Part shown: positions 37,801 to 47,363 of the stretch, one piece after another
Layout of the letters: every line of letters starts with the position of its first letter
Position numbering within the stretch: position 1 is the stretch's first letter
DNA from: a virus
Taxonomy: Duplodnaviria > Caudoviricetes
Strand: one strand, 5' to 3'
IMG/VR virus record: IMGVR_UViG_3300047491_000255
Span: 60,819-124,818 of that record
DNA length: 64,000 bases
Notes under the pieces: generated by a model
Seen by the model: only the letters and a program-made list of their open reading frames with translations
Databases searched by the model: none
What the model was told of the DNA's origin: nothing
Translations under genes and position numbers: made by a program

Positions 37801-37955
37801 AACATACCAGCTTCACGATTCCGACTGTCAAATCCCCCTGTTCCTATCGCTTTTCTCGCAATCCTAGCCCGAACAGGGTCTGCTGGACCGACTGTAACGT
37901 CTGGACGAGACAACCCGGCACTGGAAGCCGTCTTAATTTTCTTAGCATTTGCCAT
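34845..37955 (-). CDS. portal protein interrupted by an intein
   Basis: Adjacent to terminase. Portal-like motifs (MIGNVYWF, HIARRRSPY..GASVL, ALGVTRELLTGEG) flank the intein. Confidence 0.85.
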   Translation of the reverse strand: MANAKKIKTASSAGLSRPDVTVGPADPVRARIARKAIGTGGFDSRNREAGMLVDTSQVSAPYSTGYKLEAYRSSYAYGLSDRTGAYDIPTYFVQMNEQNGGMLYWPVTLHEKYSWYRYWARCFTNPNVLITKADGTEAPLWSFKPGDLVINAKGQNTEIEQVTTQHYEGAVIRFDVEANRWNDLEVTPEHPFLVLRSEHICRHHNRVKDENGKEHRQTSVDVDFAPEWLEAKDIREGDCLIVPKTQNRFGLVFSTERARLVGYYVSEGNVNFDKKGYPEAVTWSLGSHETEIIREIKDLCVREFGKEPSEYNYPDRPSGTSLRLWNREFATWVSDNCGTGSHTKKFSSGVFQADDELVKHIIGTWLNGDGNRDHDEAEGQFDGTTVSADMAHQFYLMMVRVGLTPSKRKITVYGFGDSKTPIGEGWRIFLPPLSANSIVAYTKWDSSDKEFRHRKYNHIGNLLLPVRKITHRMFSGLIWNFQTKGEKYEDRTFLVYGMATHNTDAYIGRALELLSDLPMSKLTLNMPKAGGKLTKKLSEEILAFCTYQLETINAFEMCQSTLWELNMIGNVYWFLEWDDEKKMWSRAVMLPPEEVYIFQYPFSENKRVEYRPQRLISLIKSQGEGETASETPKGDYDRSAMNEKIVEGVPKEMKEMVLKEGCIVMDTDPMTGSFVHHIARRRSPYMDLGASVLERVLVPMLQKEHYRYTQLSLASRNMTPKNLITAPGLMPDELDNLRTQVDLSYMDPEYSVITNYEVTWQQIGVQERMLDYSREYEQIENQVFAALGVTRELLTGEGAFSGTKITVEILNTMFLLTREVMRNFIEKQIFIPVCEAHGWFEEDQNGARKYWYPSIGFNRLTIRDNAEVFDSLFQLYSKGSLPIEVIYELFNLNVDEMHSKLLSGLFTANDSTFNRMTEEVNTEVGRAVVQQTDVVEKVSKYLGLKFRGPPQEGGGEGGGDELQQGEETPQTDGGVAPEGEGGGQEADQGQDQGVETEGSQPDPEAVAKEVADSLPPDASPQDIDEALQAVADEAGG
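36450..37592 (-). mobile_element. intein (381 aa) with LAGLIDADG homing endonuclease
   Basis: N-terminal CFTNPNVLITKADG, block B VTPEHPF, LVGYYVSEG and IIGTWLNGDG, C-terminal THN followed by Thr+1. Confidence 0.92.
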
Positions 37956-37958
37956 AAA

Positions 37959-38522
37959 TTATGCCCTCGCCTTTGACAGCCGACTCTCAGACAAACCCCT
38001 CTCAGCCGCAAAAAGCAACCTCTTCAATCTTCCAACCTTCGTTCTACATATAGGATCAATATTCAAGATTCCTTCATTGTCAGACATTATCTTGTAGAGG
38101 TTCTTGATCTCACCCAACGCTCCTGCCAGACCAGAATTCACTTGATCTGCCGCCTCATTTAACCTTTCATTCCTCTCGTCTTCGGCTCGTCTGGCTTCTC
38201 TCCTAGCCACGTCAGCATCAACCCTATGAGCCCTACGAACTACTGAAGCCTTTTTCTGTTCAATATCTTTTTGAATCTGCTGCTGTTCATACCGTTCTTT
38301 AGCAGCTTGCATCGCTCTCAAAAGAGGATGTCCAGGAGGTAGCCCACTCAGGTCCCCTAACATAGCCTTCTGTTTCTCAGCCTCATTCCTCAGAGGATGA
38401 CCTTCAGGAAGTCCCTGTTCAATACTGCGAGCCTCTTCCCTTGCCAGTGAAGCCTCTGCATCCTTAGCTGCCGAAAGCATACTTCCACTCACACCCAATT
38501 TCTTTGCTATTTTGGCACTCAC
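37959..38522 (-). CDS. hypothetical coiled-coil protein
   Basis: 187 aa, LPxGHPL repeated twice. Confidence 0.75.
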   Translation of the reverse strand: MSAKIAKKLGVSGSMLSAAKDAEASLAREEARSIEQGLPEGHPLRNEAEKQKAMLGDLSGLPPGHPLLRAMQAAKERYEQQQIQKDIEQKKASVVRRAHRVDADVARREARRAEDERNERLNEAADQVNSGLAGALGEIKNLYKIMSDNEGILNIDPICRTKVGRLKRLLFAAERGLSESRLSKARA

Positions 38523-38563
38523 TTGAACTTCTCCTTGTTTTTCATATTGCCCTCCAATTGGAG

Positions 38564-40402
38564 TTACCTTACCATCATAGGCCGACGCCTGCCTATGTTA
38601 TACAGCCCACGAGGATGATCCCCATGCTTTTTAATCCTGTTCACGATAAAAGATGCTTGTGTGTCTGCTCTCCCCATTCCATGAGAAGATACTATTCCAC
38701 CACCTGCTCCGGTAGCGACATTAGCTGGTCTTTCCTTGAAACCATTATAACAGCTCCAAACGGCTCTGCAGTATGCATCAGATAAATCGTCGTGAGCACC
38801 TCGACGAGCAGGGGCACGAACTATCGTCTTACCATTATATCCCTCGCTGTCTGGATTAGACTTTCCCGTCCTCTTTTCTGCCTCCAACGTCAACATCTCT
38901 TTAATCAACACCGGATGATCGTAAAGTTCCAGCAATTGTTCGGCATAAAGCCTTTTGACAACCTGATACACCTCGCTGTTCAGAATATCTGTAAATGTCT
39001 GCATTTCAAACTGAGGAAGATGTTCTGATTTAAACAGTTCCGCCAGACCATAGCCATTACTCTGATCGAAAACCCCACTTTTAGCCGGGAACCATTTCAC
39101 CAATTCTTTGATCTCGTCAACAATGTCTGACATCCTCAGCAAATCAAGATTAGCATACTTATTACAACACTGATAGATGCTACCATCAATCTCCCATACA
39201 TCCGAAGACCCTGAATACCACACACTAGCATGATCAAGGACGATTTTATTAGTATCTTGATCTTTATGAACGATAGCCACAGAACTTCCGTCTTTCTTGA
39301 ATCCAAGATCGATGCCATAGTAATACTGAACATCATGAACGCCACGATTAGGAGCTGGCACATTTAAGACACACCGTTTAAATTCCTCCTCATCATCAAT
39401 CCATGCCGTAATCGTATCCGAGAACTCACCACCGTATTCACACATGAATTTTGTGCGATTAGCCTTACGTGCCGCCTTTAGAATTGCTGGTTCGCACCGT
39501 GGGGCATTCACCATTGTCGAATACATTTTGAATGCCAGCGTGATTTCTGGGTTCTGAAAAGAGTCCTGCCATAACTCATAAAACTTGCCGAACTTGGCAT
39601 ATGGAGAAGAAATGCAGATAACTTTACCATCACGCCTAAAAGTCATTCGAGAAGGTTCAAGAGCGTTGTAAACTTCCGATCCTGAAAACCTACCACTATT
39701 ATCGATAAAGAACGCCATCTCGTCCATGATGATTACAATAGCGTTCTTACCACGAAGAGAGTTTGAAGCACAACCACCAGACAATGACACCAAGCTCGCT
39801 CTTTTTCGACCCTGCAATTTAATGTCCGCATCGGTCTGAATATCAAAATAAGTCATTGTTGACCGCATGACTCTATCCTTGATATATGGACATTTCATCG
39901 CCAGTGTCTGAGCCGTATCGAATAAGTCTCCAGCCTGATCATCTGTTGGAGCTACATTCAAAATAGAGATAGTTGATCCGGGACTCTGATTGTAAAACTT
40001 CGCCGGGTCAGGTTGCCTCAATAAACGATACATCTCATAGTTTGAAATACAAGCTGCCAGGAGCGACTTCCCGCTGCGCCGCCCCCATGCGAGAATTAGG
40101 TTCTGCCAAACCTTTCCTTCTGTTTCCTCTACATTACACCGCTTCTCGGCATACAACCAACGAAGAAACTCTTTTTCCGTAAACCGATAAAGTATACGCT
40201 CATTAACGAGATCAGGAACTTCTATGGTTTTGTATTCCGTATCGAGATGAAGACCATAAAGGCATTTAAGTGTAAACTTCTGAGTAGGGGTTAGTGAAAC
40301 ACTAAGTCCCCATGGTGATTCTACAAACGTGATGATGTCCGCAGTCTCTGCAGTCCCAGTAACAAATTCCTTTGAAATCTCAGAAAGAAGGTTTGTTGGC
40401 AT
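38564..40402 (-). CDS. terL: terminase large subunit
   Basis: Walker A GRRSGKS, Walker B IIMDE, ISSP coupling motif, nuclease GIDLG...HDDLSDA. Confidence 0.93.
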   Translation of the reverse strand: MPTNLLSEISKEFVTGTAETADIITFVESPWGLSVSLTPTQKFTLKCLYGLHLDTEYKTIEVPDLVNERILYRFTEKEFLRWLYAEKRCNVEETEGKVWQNLILAWGRRSGKSLLAACISNYEMYRLLRQPDPAKFYNQSPGSTISILNVAPTDDQAGDLFDTAQTLAMKCPYIKDRVMRSTMTYFDIQTDADIKLQGRKRASLVSLSGGCASNSLRGKNAIVIIMDEMAFFIDNSGRFSGSEVYNALEPSRMTFRRDGKVICISSPYAKFGKFYELWQDSFQNPEITLAFKMYSTMVNAPRCEPAILKAARKANRTKFMCEYGGEFSDTITAWIDDEEEFKRCVLNVPAPNRGVHDVQYYYGIDLGFKKDGSSVAIVHKDQDTNKIVLDHASVWYSGSSDVWEIDGSIYQCCNKYANLDLLRMSDIVDEIKELVKWFPAKSGVFDQSNGYGLAELFKSEHLPQFEMQTFTDILNSEVYQVVKRLYAEQLLELYDHPVLIKEMLTLEAEKRTGKSNPDSEGYNGKTIVRAPARRGAHDDLSDAYCRAVWSCYNGFKERPANVATGAGGGIVSSHGMGRADTQASFIVNRIKKHGDHPRGLYNIGRRRPMMVR

Positions 40403-40409
40403 TTAATCC

Positions 40410-40994
40410 TCACCTCGGAGTCCTCGTTGCATCAAAACTATCCCTCAATTCCTTCTTCCATTCATTTGTAACTTCGCCAAACACCCTGAAAAACAAATCG
40501 TTGATTTCTGGACCTACTCCCATTCTTGTGAAAGTATCTCTCGCCTTCGCCATGAAATACCGAAAAACAATAATCATAGAAGGCGAATCCAGATCAATAC
40601 CACTCTGTTTCTCGAATTGCTGTCTTGTCTGAACTGCCTTGAGAGCCTTCTCTAATACCTCAGCCCTCTTGAATGATATGACGGATGCATCTCTCAAATC
40701 ACCGTTATGCGTCGCAACCAACTGATTTCCAAGTAGATTGTCTGTCTCGGAAAGTATTTCGTCGACCATAGCAACGATCTGAGACTCCAAATCCTCTTTG
40801 CCAGCCGACTTTAATCGAGCTATCAGACTTGGAGCACCTTGATGATATTGTTCAACAAGTTGTTTCCTAAACTTCAACAAATCAGTAGTTGGAGGTAGAG
40901 ACAAAGAATTGCTCTTGGATGGAGCTAGAACCTCCATGCCATTAACTACGCCAGCTTCACTATCGGCTTTGTTGAATTCGTCGTCAATGCTCAC
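40410..40994 (-). CDS. hypothetical helical protein (possible terminase small subunit)
   Basis: Position immediately upstream of terL. Function is positional inference only. Confidence 0.5.
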   Translation of the reverse strand: MSIDDEFNKADSEAGVVNGMEVLAPSKSNSLSLPPTTDLLKFRKQLVEQYHQGAPSLIARLKSAGKEDLESQIVAMVDEILSETDNLLGNQLVATHNGDLRDASVISFKRAEVLEKALKAVQTRQQFEKQSGIDLDSPSMIIVFRYFMAKARDTFTRMGVGPEINDLFFRVFGEVTNEWKKELRDSFDATRTPR

Positions 40995-42328
40995 AGTTCA
41001 ATGTCCTGATTTTGAGTCATATCCACATCCAAATCGTCTAGAACACATCCAGGCTGTTCGAGGTCAATCACGTCCGTACCCTCGAATTCCGGCTCCTTGA
41101 ATTGGCTCATCTCAACATCAAGCTGCGGGGAGTCAAACAATTCCACCTCGATCTCTCCAGACCTCTCGTCCAGATCAAGCTGTCCAGGTGCGTGAACATC
41201 ATCTCTCAACTCAAGTTCTGATAGATTTTCACCATCCATCATCTCAACTGGAATCTGATCCTGATCTACAGGACCCATCAGTTCGACATCATCCAAAATA
41301 CCCGGCAATGCCTGTGGACCATCAAAATTCGTCGGAGCGAAACCTTCCGTCTCTATATCTGTTGAAAGTGAAGGGTTTGTTCCATCCACAAACAATTCCG
41401 ACTGAGGTGTCCCCATAAGATCAATCTCATTATCTGCCATGAGAATCTTGAACTCACTCGAATCCACGCCTCCAGCATACCTTGCATCTTCTGCCGCATC
41501 AATCTTCTTATCCAGCCAACGAAATGCAGCACGAGCCTTACCAAGATTACTGATGGACATCGCCGTAACCTGATTGACGACACTCTGTGGAACCGGAGTT
41601 AAATTCATCATCTCGATAAACGTACTGTCGAGCATTGACTTATCCAAATCTCCGGCACCCAAAATAGGCATCATCGTCGAACGACAATGAGAAACTATTT
41701 TAGCTGTGCTCTTTTCACCTGCCAAAAAGTCATCAAAACCGTTTCCAGAAGATGCCTGTACATTGTCGAACAACCCCATATCATTCATCGGCAAATTATG
41801 GGGGTCACCACAATTACATCCATAGACATACTTGATAAACCTCTTATAAGGAGAATTGGATGCTGCCTTCATAGCCGCCTGACAACTCTTATATCCCCTT
41901 GCATCAACCATGATCCTACCTACCAAGCCCTCAAGGGCGAACATGGCACGTAGACCCTTCTGAGCCTTAGCAATCAATACTGGAGGATACTTCCCACGAA
42001 GCGCAGCCGCAACCTGTCTACCACGTAAACCACGATTCATAAGATCACGAGCAAATAGAATGACCGCATCTGCGTCCCCTAGATTCTCTTCCGGGATATT
42101 TCTCTTAACCATCCCTGCTGGCTCATCAAGATCGACATCTGGACCACCCAAACTCCATTCCAACTCAAGTTGAGGCTTGACGTTGTTCGGATTTCGCATG
42201 GACTCGATGTCAAGAATCGGGTCGTCTATACGAGCCAATCCTGTATCCCTCATCCATGAATGATCCACGAGCGAGTGATCTTCCACTGCGGCATCACGCT
42301 TTAAAATAGATGTCAAATCCATACTCAT
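40991..42328 (-). CDS. hypothetical protein with acidic C-terminus
   Basis: 445-aa ORF. Confidence 0.75.
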   Translation of the reverse strand: MSMDLTSILKRDAAVEDHSLVDHSWMRDTGLARIDDPILDIESMRNPNNVKPQLELEWSLGGPDVDLDEPAGMVKRNIPEENLGDADAVILFARDLMNRGLRGRQVAAALRGKYPPVLIAKAQKGLRAMFALEGLVGRIMVDARGYKSCQAAMKAASNSPYKRFIKYVYGCNCGDPHNLPMNDMGLFDNVQASSGNGFDDFLAGEKSTAKIVSHCRSTMMPILGAGDLDKSMLDSTFIEMMNLTPVPQSVVNQVTAMSISNLGKARAAFRWLDKKIDAAEDARYAGGVDSSEFKILMADNEIDLMGTPQSELFVDGTNPSLSTDIETEGFAPTNFDGPQALPGILDDVELMGPVDQDQIPVEMMDGENLSELELRDDVHAPGQLDLDERSGEIEVELFDSPQLDVEMSQFKEPEFEGTDVIDLEQPGCVLDDLDVDMTQNQDIEL

Positions 42329-42597
42329 TGAACTACTCCCTCCATTGCTGCCTTCACATCTTCGACAGACAGAACATCTGAACTAAAAGATGGCACAATA
42401 CTCTTCTTATCAGCAGATAATTCCCATAAACACCTAGTCGTCTTATGAATCAGCCTGTTATTACCAGCAGCGATAAACATTCCCATAGCTGCTCTGCTTG
42501 CTGGAATCTTAGTAACAAAAGCCTTATTACCCTCCAAACTAGAGTCTATCCCAATGGAACTATGCCAGCAAAAACCCTCAAAAATATCTTGGCTCAT
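42325..42597 (-). CDS. small hypothetical protein
   Basis: AGGAGG RBS, RLIHKTTRCLW motif. Confidence 0.7.
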   Translation of the reverse strand: MSQDIFEGFCWHSSIGIDSSLEGNKAFVTKIPASRAAMGMFIAAGNNRLIHKTTRCLWELSADKKSIVPSFSSDVLSVEDVKAAMEGVVQ

Positions 42598-42639
42598 AAA
42601 TCTGTCCTCCTACCCAATAGACAAAATATCAGAAAAAAC

Positions 42640-43257
42640 TTACAGTATTGAAATGTCTGTCAATCCACAAGAACCCTTATAAACTCTCCGAATAGAATTT
42701 AAATTGTCACGAATAGACATGAAAATCTCTCGAATCTCCCACATCTCATCCTCTTCCTTCTTTCGACCATCTGCCATAAATGATTGTGCAAGAAATCCCA
42801 TACGCCTCAAACATTTATTATAAGCATACCGGGTTCTAACCTGAGAAAAACCCATCATCTCTGCCGTCATAGTGAAACTAGACGTATAAAACATTAGAGT
42901 TAATATCTCCATTTCATCCGGTGTGAAATACCCAGACTTTTCCTCGACGAACCGAACAAAAATATCGAAAACGGAATGAATATAGAAGATATACCGAAGT
43001 CGACGCCGAATCCGCTTAATATCGTAACAAAGAGAAGGCTGAGATCGGTTCAGTATCCTCTGAACATCCTTCTGCTTTTTACGAGAAACGAAAATCAGGT
43101 ACAGGATGTCCCTGTCCTTATCGTTTAGAAAACCGAAAATCGAACGAAAAGCCAGAACTTGCTCGACACTGAAATATGGCAATACCCTATCTTCTATGCC
43201 ACTACCTGTCCTGACATTTTCAACTCGATCCCCTATGTAACTTACCGTGGTGAACAA
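42640..43257 (-). CDS. sigma-region-4/HTH-like transcription regulator
   Basis: LNDKDRDILYL...KQKDVQRIL..SQPSL...IKRIRRRL, plus a second HTH-like repeat. Confidence 0.6.
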   Translation of the reverse strand: MFTTVSYIGDRVENVRTGSGIEDRVLPYFSVEQVLAFRSIFGFLNDKDRDILYLIFVSRKKQKDVQRILNRSQPSLCYDIKRIRRRLRYIFYIHSVFDIFVRFVEEKSGYFTPDEMEILTLMFYTSSFTMTAEMMGFSQVRTRYAYNKCLRRMGFLAQSFMADGRKKEEDEMWEIREIFMSIRDNLNSIRRVYKGSCGLTDISIL

Positions 43258-43801
43258 TGTGTGCCCCTATTATTACTGGCTTCCCAACACGATCAGGGAT
43301 TTCATACCCAGATACTTTACCAATAAATTCGAGAACTGTCACGCTCAAATCAGTGGAAAATTGCCTAACGTAAAAACTGAAGAAAACTTTTAACTTTTTA
43401 CATGACAGTTCCTTTATGACTATCCCATACAATCCTTTTAGATATCCATCCTTGACTAAAACCACATCTCCGTTTTTAAAAGCACTCTCTTTTGATTCTT
43501 TGTGCCCTGCGGATGACACAAAATCATTGACTTCTTTTGTTGAAAAATGATAAGGAGAATCTCTGGATGGTATTACACTCGTTATGAAATGACACTTATT
43601 GATAGCTTCTATGTGATTCCAATAATTACGACAGTGAACAAAAATAAAATATTCGCCAGATGCCGACATTTGATCATTGCAAGCTATTTTTTGTCCAATT
43701 AAATCATCACCAAAAATGATCTTCAGCTCACGAGATATGGCCTTAACATCATTGTAAGGTAGAGTCCTGCTAACCATGAATCCGACCCAGACCGTATCCA
43801 T
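43220..43801 (-). CDS. NusG/RfaH-family transcription elongation factor
   Basis: NGN-like GEYFIFV and KOW FKNGDVVLVKDGYLKGLYGIV...KVFFSFYVR. Confidence 0.75.
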   Translation of the reverse strand: MDTVWVGFMVSRTLPYNDVKAISRELKIIFGDDLIGQKIACNDQMSASGEYFIFVHCRNYWNHIEAINKCHFITSVIPSRDSPYHFSTKEVNDFVSSAGHKESKESAFKNGDVVLVKDGYLKGLYGIVIKELSCKKLKVFFSFYVRQFSTDLSVTVLEFIGKVSGYEIPDRVGKPVIIGAHIVHHGKLHRGSS

Positions 43802-44251
43802 CTACCACCACCTAAAAGTAATGATCTTCCAGATAGCACTTACAGACATCTTTACTAATTGTCCAAATCGAGAGAACCGACTATGTAATTCTACATCCTG
43901 AAGGAACCAAATCAACATAGCCAATTTGGGATAATCATTTCCACAACGTGATGGTGAAGCCAAAACATCATTGAAGTCTCGCTCAACAGTCTCGTTTGTA
44001 CTTCGACAAGAAAATACGCGGCATCTTGCCGCAGTATCGTCGTCGTTACAAATAAACATCTTATGTGATCCACACTTAGCCAAAATCAGCGAATTTTGAC
44101 AAAAACCTAGATGCCCCTTACCCTTCACACGCAGACGGATATTATGACTACAATTGATTGGTCTTCTACCGAGATATTGATCTTTCCTTTCTGCAAGATA
44201 CCTATCCCTCAACTCTCGAAACTTCTCCAATACGTCTTGTCTATCTTTCAT
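43802..44251 (-). CDS. Cys-rich hypothetical protein
   Basis: 149-aa ORF. Confidence 0.7.
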   Translation of the reverse strand: MKDRQDVLEKFRELRDRYLAERKDQYLGRRPINCSHNIRLRVKGKGHLGFCQNSLILAKCGSHKMFICNDDDTAARCRVFSCRSTNETVERDFNDVLASPSRCGNDYPKLAMLIWFLQDVELHSRFSRFGQLVKMSVSAIWKIITFRWW

Positions 44252-44252
44252 A

Positions 44253-44858
44253 TTAACCTTTCATGGACATAACAAAATCGTCCATTTGTTTCTTTCCCCC
44301 GTAGAATGCTATCGCCTCATCCATGCGAAGATTCGAGTCCCTGACCTCAGCCAAGGTAGGAGGTCTTCCAAACCTCCTCATCAGTTTCTTATACTCCACG
44401 AGAAGCATCCTAAGATTCCTTCTTCTTGCTGACTCTATCAAATTCCGATATGAACCAAACTTCTTTTTCACTACGAACCATGAAGGCACAACATCAGGAT
44501 ATTGCTTGCGAACCTCTCTGAATCTCTTCTGGGACCATAGATTAAGTTCCTGAACTGCCTTTATTAGATACTCCGAATTGACATCCACTGCGATCTCCGA
44601 TCCGAATGCCTGTCTAACAGCCTCCGTCCATTTACCAAATACCCTCTTGAAGTCATTGGTGTTAGGATCGTCTGGCTCACGAGTCCTTTCGAGAACAACA
44701 CACGAACGAATACCATGATCCCTTAAATACTGCAACATCTCATCAGGAGACAGCTTCGTCCTTGGATGCCTCTTTTTGTACTTTCTAAAGCGTTTCCTCA
44801 GACGAAGCCGAGCACGTTCAGCCTTCGATGTAGGCAGGATGTCTTCCGCCTTCAACAT
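44253..44858 (-). CDS. homing-endonuclease-associated repeat protein
   Basis: Repeated P....F.R.FG.W.EA / VPS....KKFGSY units. Confidence 0.6.
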   Translation of the reverse strand: MLKAEDILPTSKAERARLRLRKRFRKYKKRHPRTKLSPDEMLQYLRDHGIRSCVVLERTREPDDPNTNDFKRVFGKWTEAVRQAFGSEIAVDVNSEYLIKAVQELNLWSQKRFREVRKQYPDVVPSWFVVKKKFGSYRNLIESARRRNLRMLLVEYKKLMRRFGRPPTLAEVRDSNLRMDEAIAFYGGKKQMDDFVMSMKG

Positions 44859-44888
44859 AGCCTCTCCAAACGACTAATTCTTAACAGT

Positions 44889-45398
44889 CTAGTTGGATTT
44901 TCCTTCGGATGGAGGGATGGCCTCAACAACCGGGATAGCATTAACGACCTGATCTGGTGTCTGATCCATCGGGTCCTTCGCCGCAGGATTCTCTTCCCAA
45001 TTCGGAACCCCGCCACTAGCCGCAAACTCCAATGTGAACATCTGAATGTCTGGCTTCTTGACCTTGCCGTATGCCTTACTCTGCTCGTCAAACCCTCCTT
45101 GCGGAATCGCACACATAGTACGAAATACGCTAAGATTCTTCCGCTTCTGATCGAGTCGCTTCCACACAACGTCAAAAGACTCTACAATATACACCTTCGA
45201 CAACCACACATTATTCGGATAGCGGACCTTGTGTAACTTCACGGCAGGACCAGAAACCTTCTTGCCCTTCATCTTAGTGGTGACAAACCCGATCTTTGAA
45301 GGGTCAAATCCCTCAAACATTGTAGGGAAACGTTCGAGATACGCTTCCATAATATCCTGAACTTCACGATCCGAGTAGAAATCAACGAACTTAGCCAT
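44889..45398 (-). CDS. phage metallopeptidase-like protein lacking HExxH
   Basis: YIVE....W..L...RK.L.VF..M.AI......K.KKPDIQMF pattern with catalytic residues replaced. Confidence 0.5.
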   Translation of the reverse strand: MAKFVDFYSDREVQDIMEAYLERFPTMFEGFDPSKIGFVTTKMKGKKVSGPAVKLHKVRYPNNVWLSKVYIVESFDVVWKRLDQKRKNLSVFRTMCAIPQGGFDEQSKAYGKVKKPDIQMFTLEFAASGGVPNWEENPAAKDPMDQTPDQVVNAIPVVEAIPPSEGKSN

Positions 45399-45418
45399 TT
45401 ATCTTGCTCCTTCTTTTG

Positions 45419-45775
45419 TTATTGCCGACCATCCAGTTTACTCAAAACTGCTTTGGATTCTGAATCCAGAGCCTCGATATTCGTTGGCTTACACCACGGA
45501 AGATCGAGAACGATTCCAGACTCTTCCTTCAGAATAATCTTCAGATTCTCCAACATAACTCCGAACGGCGTTGCCGCATCCAGATGCACAACGATCTTCC
45601 GATCTTGACTCCCATCTTGCTCCTTCCACAACCCCTTGATTCCAGACATCACCTTGTCAGCACACTCCTGAATATTATTAGTTGTAGGCTCATAAGGAAC
45701 TTCGACGATGATGTCGTACTCCTCTCCGACATGTTTGTCAATCGAACTTTCAGAAACCACTATCATACTCTTCAT
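45419..45775 (-). CDS. hypothetical protein
   Basis: AGGAG RBS before MKSMIV. Confidence 0.7.
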   Translation of the reverse strand: MKSMIVVSESSIDKHVGEEYDIIVEVPYEPTTNNIQECADKVMSGIKGLWKEQDGSQDRKIVVHLDAATPFGVMLENLKIILKEESGIVLDLPWCKPTNIEALDSESKAVLSKLDGRQ

Positions 45776-45806
45776 GTTGTCTCCTTTCATACTACCAGTT
45801 ACAACA

Positions 45807-47018
45807 CTATGCCGCAACTGCCTTCCCACTGTCAATCTTGATGTATCTACCCCACTTCACAGGATATTGAGCCCTATCCATATCGGAGTGCAATACCCAT
45901 AACGTAGGTATTCTATACCGTTTCTCAATCTTTGGAGCATAAAAATCTGTAAAATAAATCAAAGCATCAAACTTTTCATTCTCAACTTCTTTAAGCACTG
46001 GTTCTAAATCAGTACCACCACGCCCATGCACCTTTCCAGTGAACTTACCCTTGAATGGATACACCGCACAAACCTGACAGTCAGCCTCATAGACAACGAC
46101 TTGAACACCATTCTTCCAAATCCACCTGACTTCATTGAAGAATGTTTTAATCTGTTCATCGCTTATGGACCCGCTCGTATCAATTGCCACAGCAACCCTT
46201 AGAACGTCTTCCTTGCGAGTTCCTGGACGAGTCCCAAACCTTCTACTAACCCGCTTCACGGTGTAATCTAAGGCACTCTCCGCACAAGAGGCGACGAACA
46301 TCCTCAAGACCTTTGCCCAAGGAACAATGGCTTTCTCCCCCTTAAGCAACTCTTCAATCTGAGCCAACACCTCACCAGGTATATTCCCAAAGTTTTTATT
46401 ACACAACTCCTTAGCCTTCCGAATAATATCTTTGGCAAACTCCTTTGCCACAACATCATCAGATACATCATCCCACATCTTATGTGATGACATAACATGA
46501 GACAATACACCACCCACTCCAAACTCTCCATTCGCACATTGCTTTTGATATGTATCATTATTCTGCAGATGAGTGTAATACCAAAACGAAGATTTTTTCC
46601 TTTCAAAACCATACATCTCTGGAGTGAGATATTTACCAGGCAATCCGCCATCAGGAATAATACAATTCACTGATAAATCCATCGCCACATTACCACGAGT
46701 TTTGTCTTGGAATTTGATAAATAAATGTCCTAGAACGATATGCAATATTTCGTGCTCCAGGACGCCAAGCATATAAGTCCATCCCTTCTGCTTCCCATGT
46801 TCCTTGAAGAGATTATGAAATAACTTACGATTCAAATACATCTTGATAAAACGATCACCAGGAATGCGTCCAACCGCCGCAGTCTCTACCGGATGATCAT
46901 CTCCGACAAAGACTCTTTCGAATTGCTGAATAATATGCCCATAAAACTCCTTGTTACGAGCAATATCAACAATACCCTTAATCACCTCTCGATCCACATC
47001 TATAGAATTATCCATCAT
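45807..47018 (-). CDS. DUF2201-type metallopeptidase + VWA domain protein
   Basis: HEILH, NVAMDL, SHKMW, DTSGS MIDAS, GRGGTD, YFTD. Confidence 0.85.
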   Translation of the reverse strand: MMDNSIDVDREVIKGIVDIARNKEFYGHIIQQFERVFVGDDHPVETAAVGRIPGDRFIKMYLNRKLFHNLFKEHGKQKGWTYMLGVLEHEILHIVLGHLFIKFQDKTRGNVAMDLSVNCIIPDGGLPGKYLTPEMYGFERKKSSFWYYTHLQNNDTYQKQCANGEFGVGGVLSHVMSSHKMWDDVSDDVVAKEFAKDIIRKAKELCNKNFGNIPGEVLAQIEELLKGEKAIVPWAKVLRMFVASCAESALDYTVKRVSRRFGTRPGTRKEDVLRVAVAIDTSGSISDEQIKTFFNEVRWIWKNGVQVVVYEADCQVCAVYPFKGKFTGKVHGRGGTDLEPVLKEVENEKFDALIYFTDFYAPKIEKRYRIPTLWVLHSDMDRAQYPVKWGRYIKIDSGKAVAA

Positions 47019-47290
47019 AGATGTTTACTCTCCCGAATCCTATCTTGAATAACCGCCCGGATTCTAAAGTCAGGTTCTTTCATCAACATGTTTGATGCGC
47101 AATCCAATGGGACCATCTCGGCAGCAACCAACCTCTTCGCCACACTCATTGATTCATCAGCAAATATGTCGAATATCAATCTAGGTTCAATGTCAAAATT
47201 GATTACGATCTCATGAAAGTCGGATGCCTCACGAGCTTCATCTGACGTGAACTTCTGACCACGGAAATCAATCCATTTTATCGCTGCCAT
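47015..47290 (-). CDS. hypothetical protein
   Basis: 91 aa behind a GCGTATAAT element. Confidence 0.65.
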   Translation of the reverse strand: MAAIKWIDFRGQKFTSDEAREASDFHEIVINFDIEPRLIFDIFADESMSVAKRLVAAEMVPLDCASNMLMKEPDFRIRAVIQDRIRESKHL

Positions 47291-47363
47291 GTCCTATTAT
47301 ACGCCATCACGAAAAACATTTGACAATTTACATCAAATTTATTTTATTCGATTCGTGATTGGC

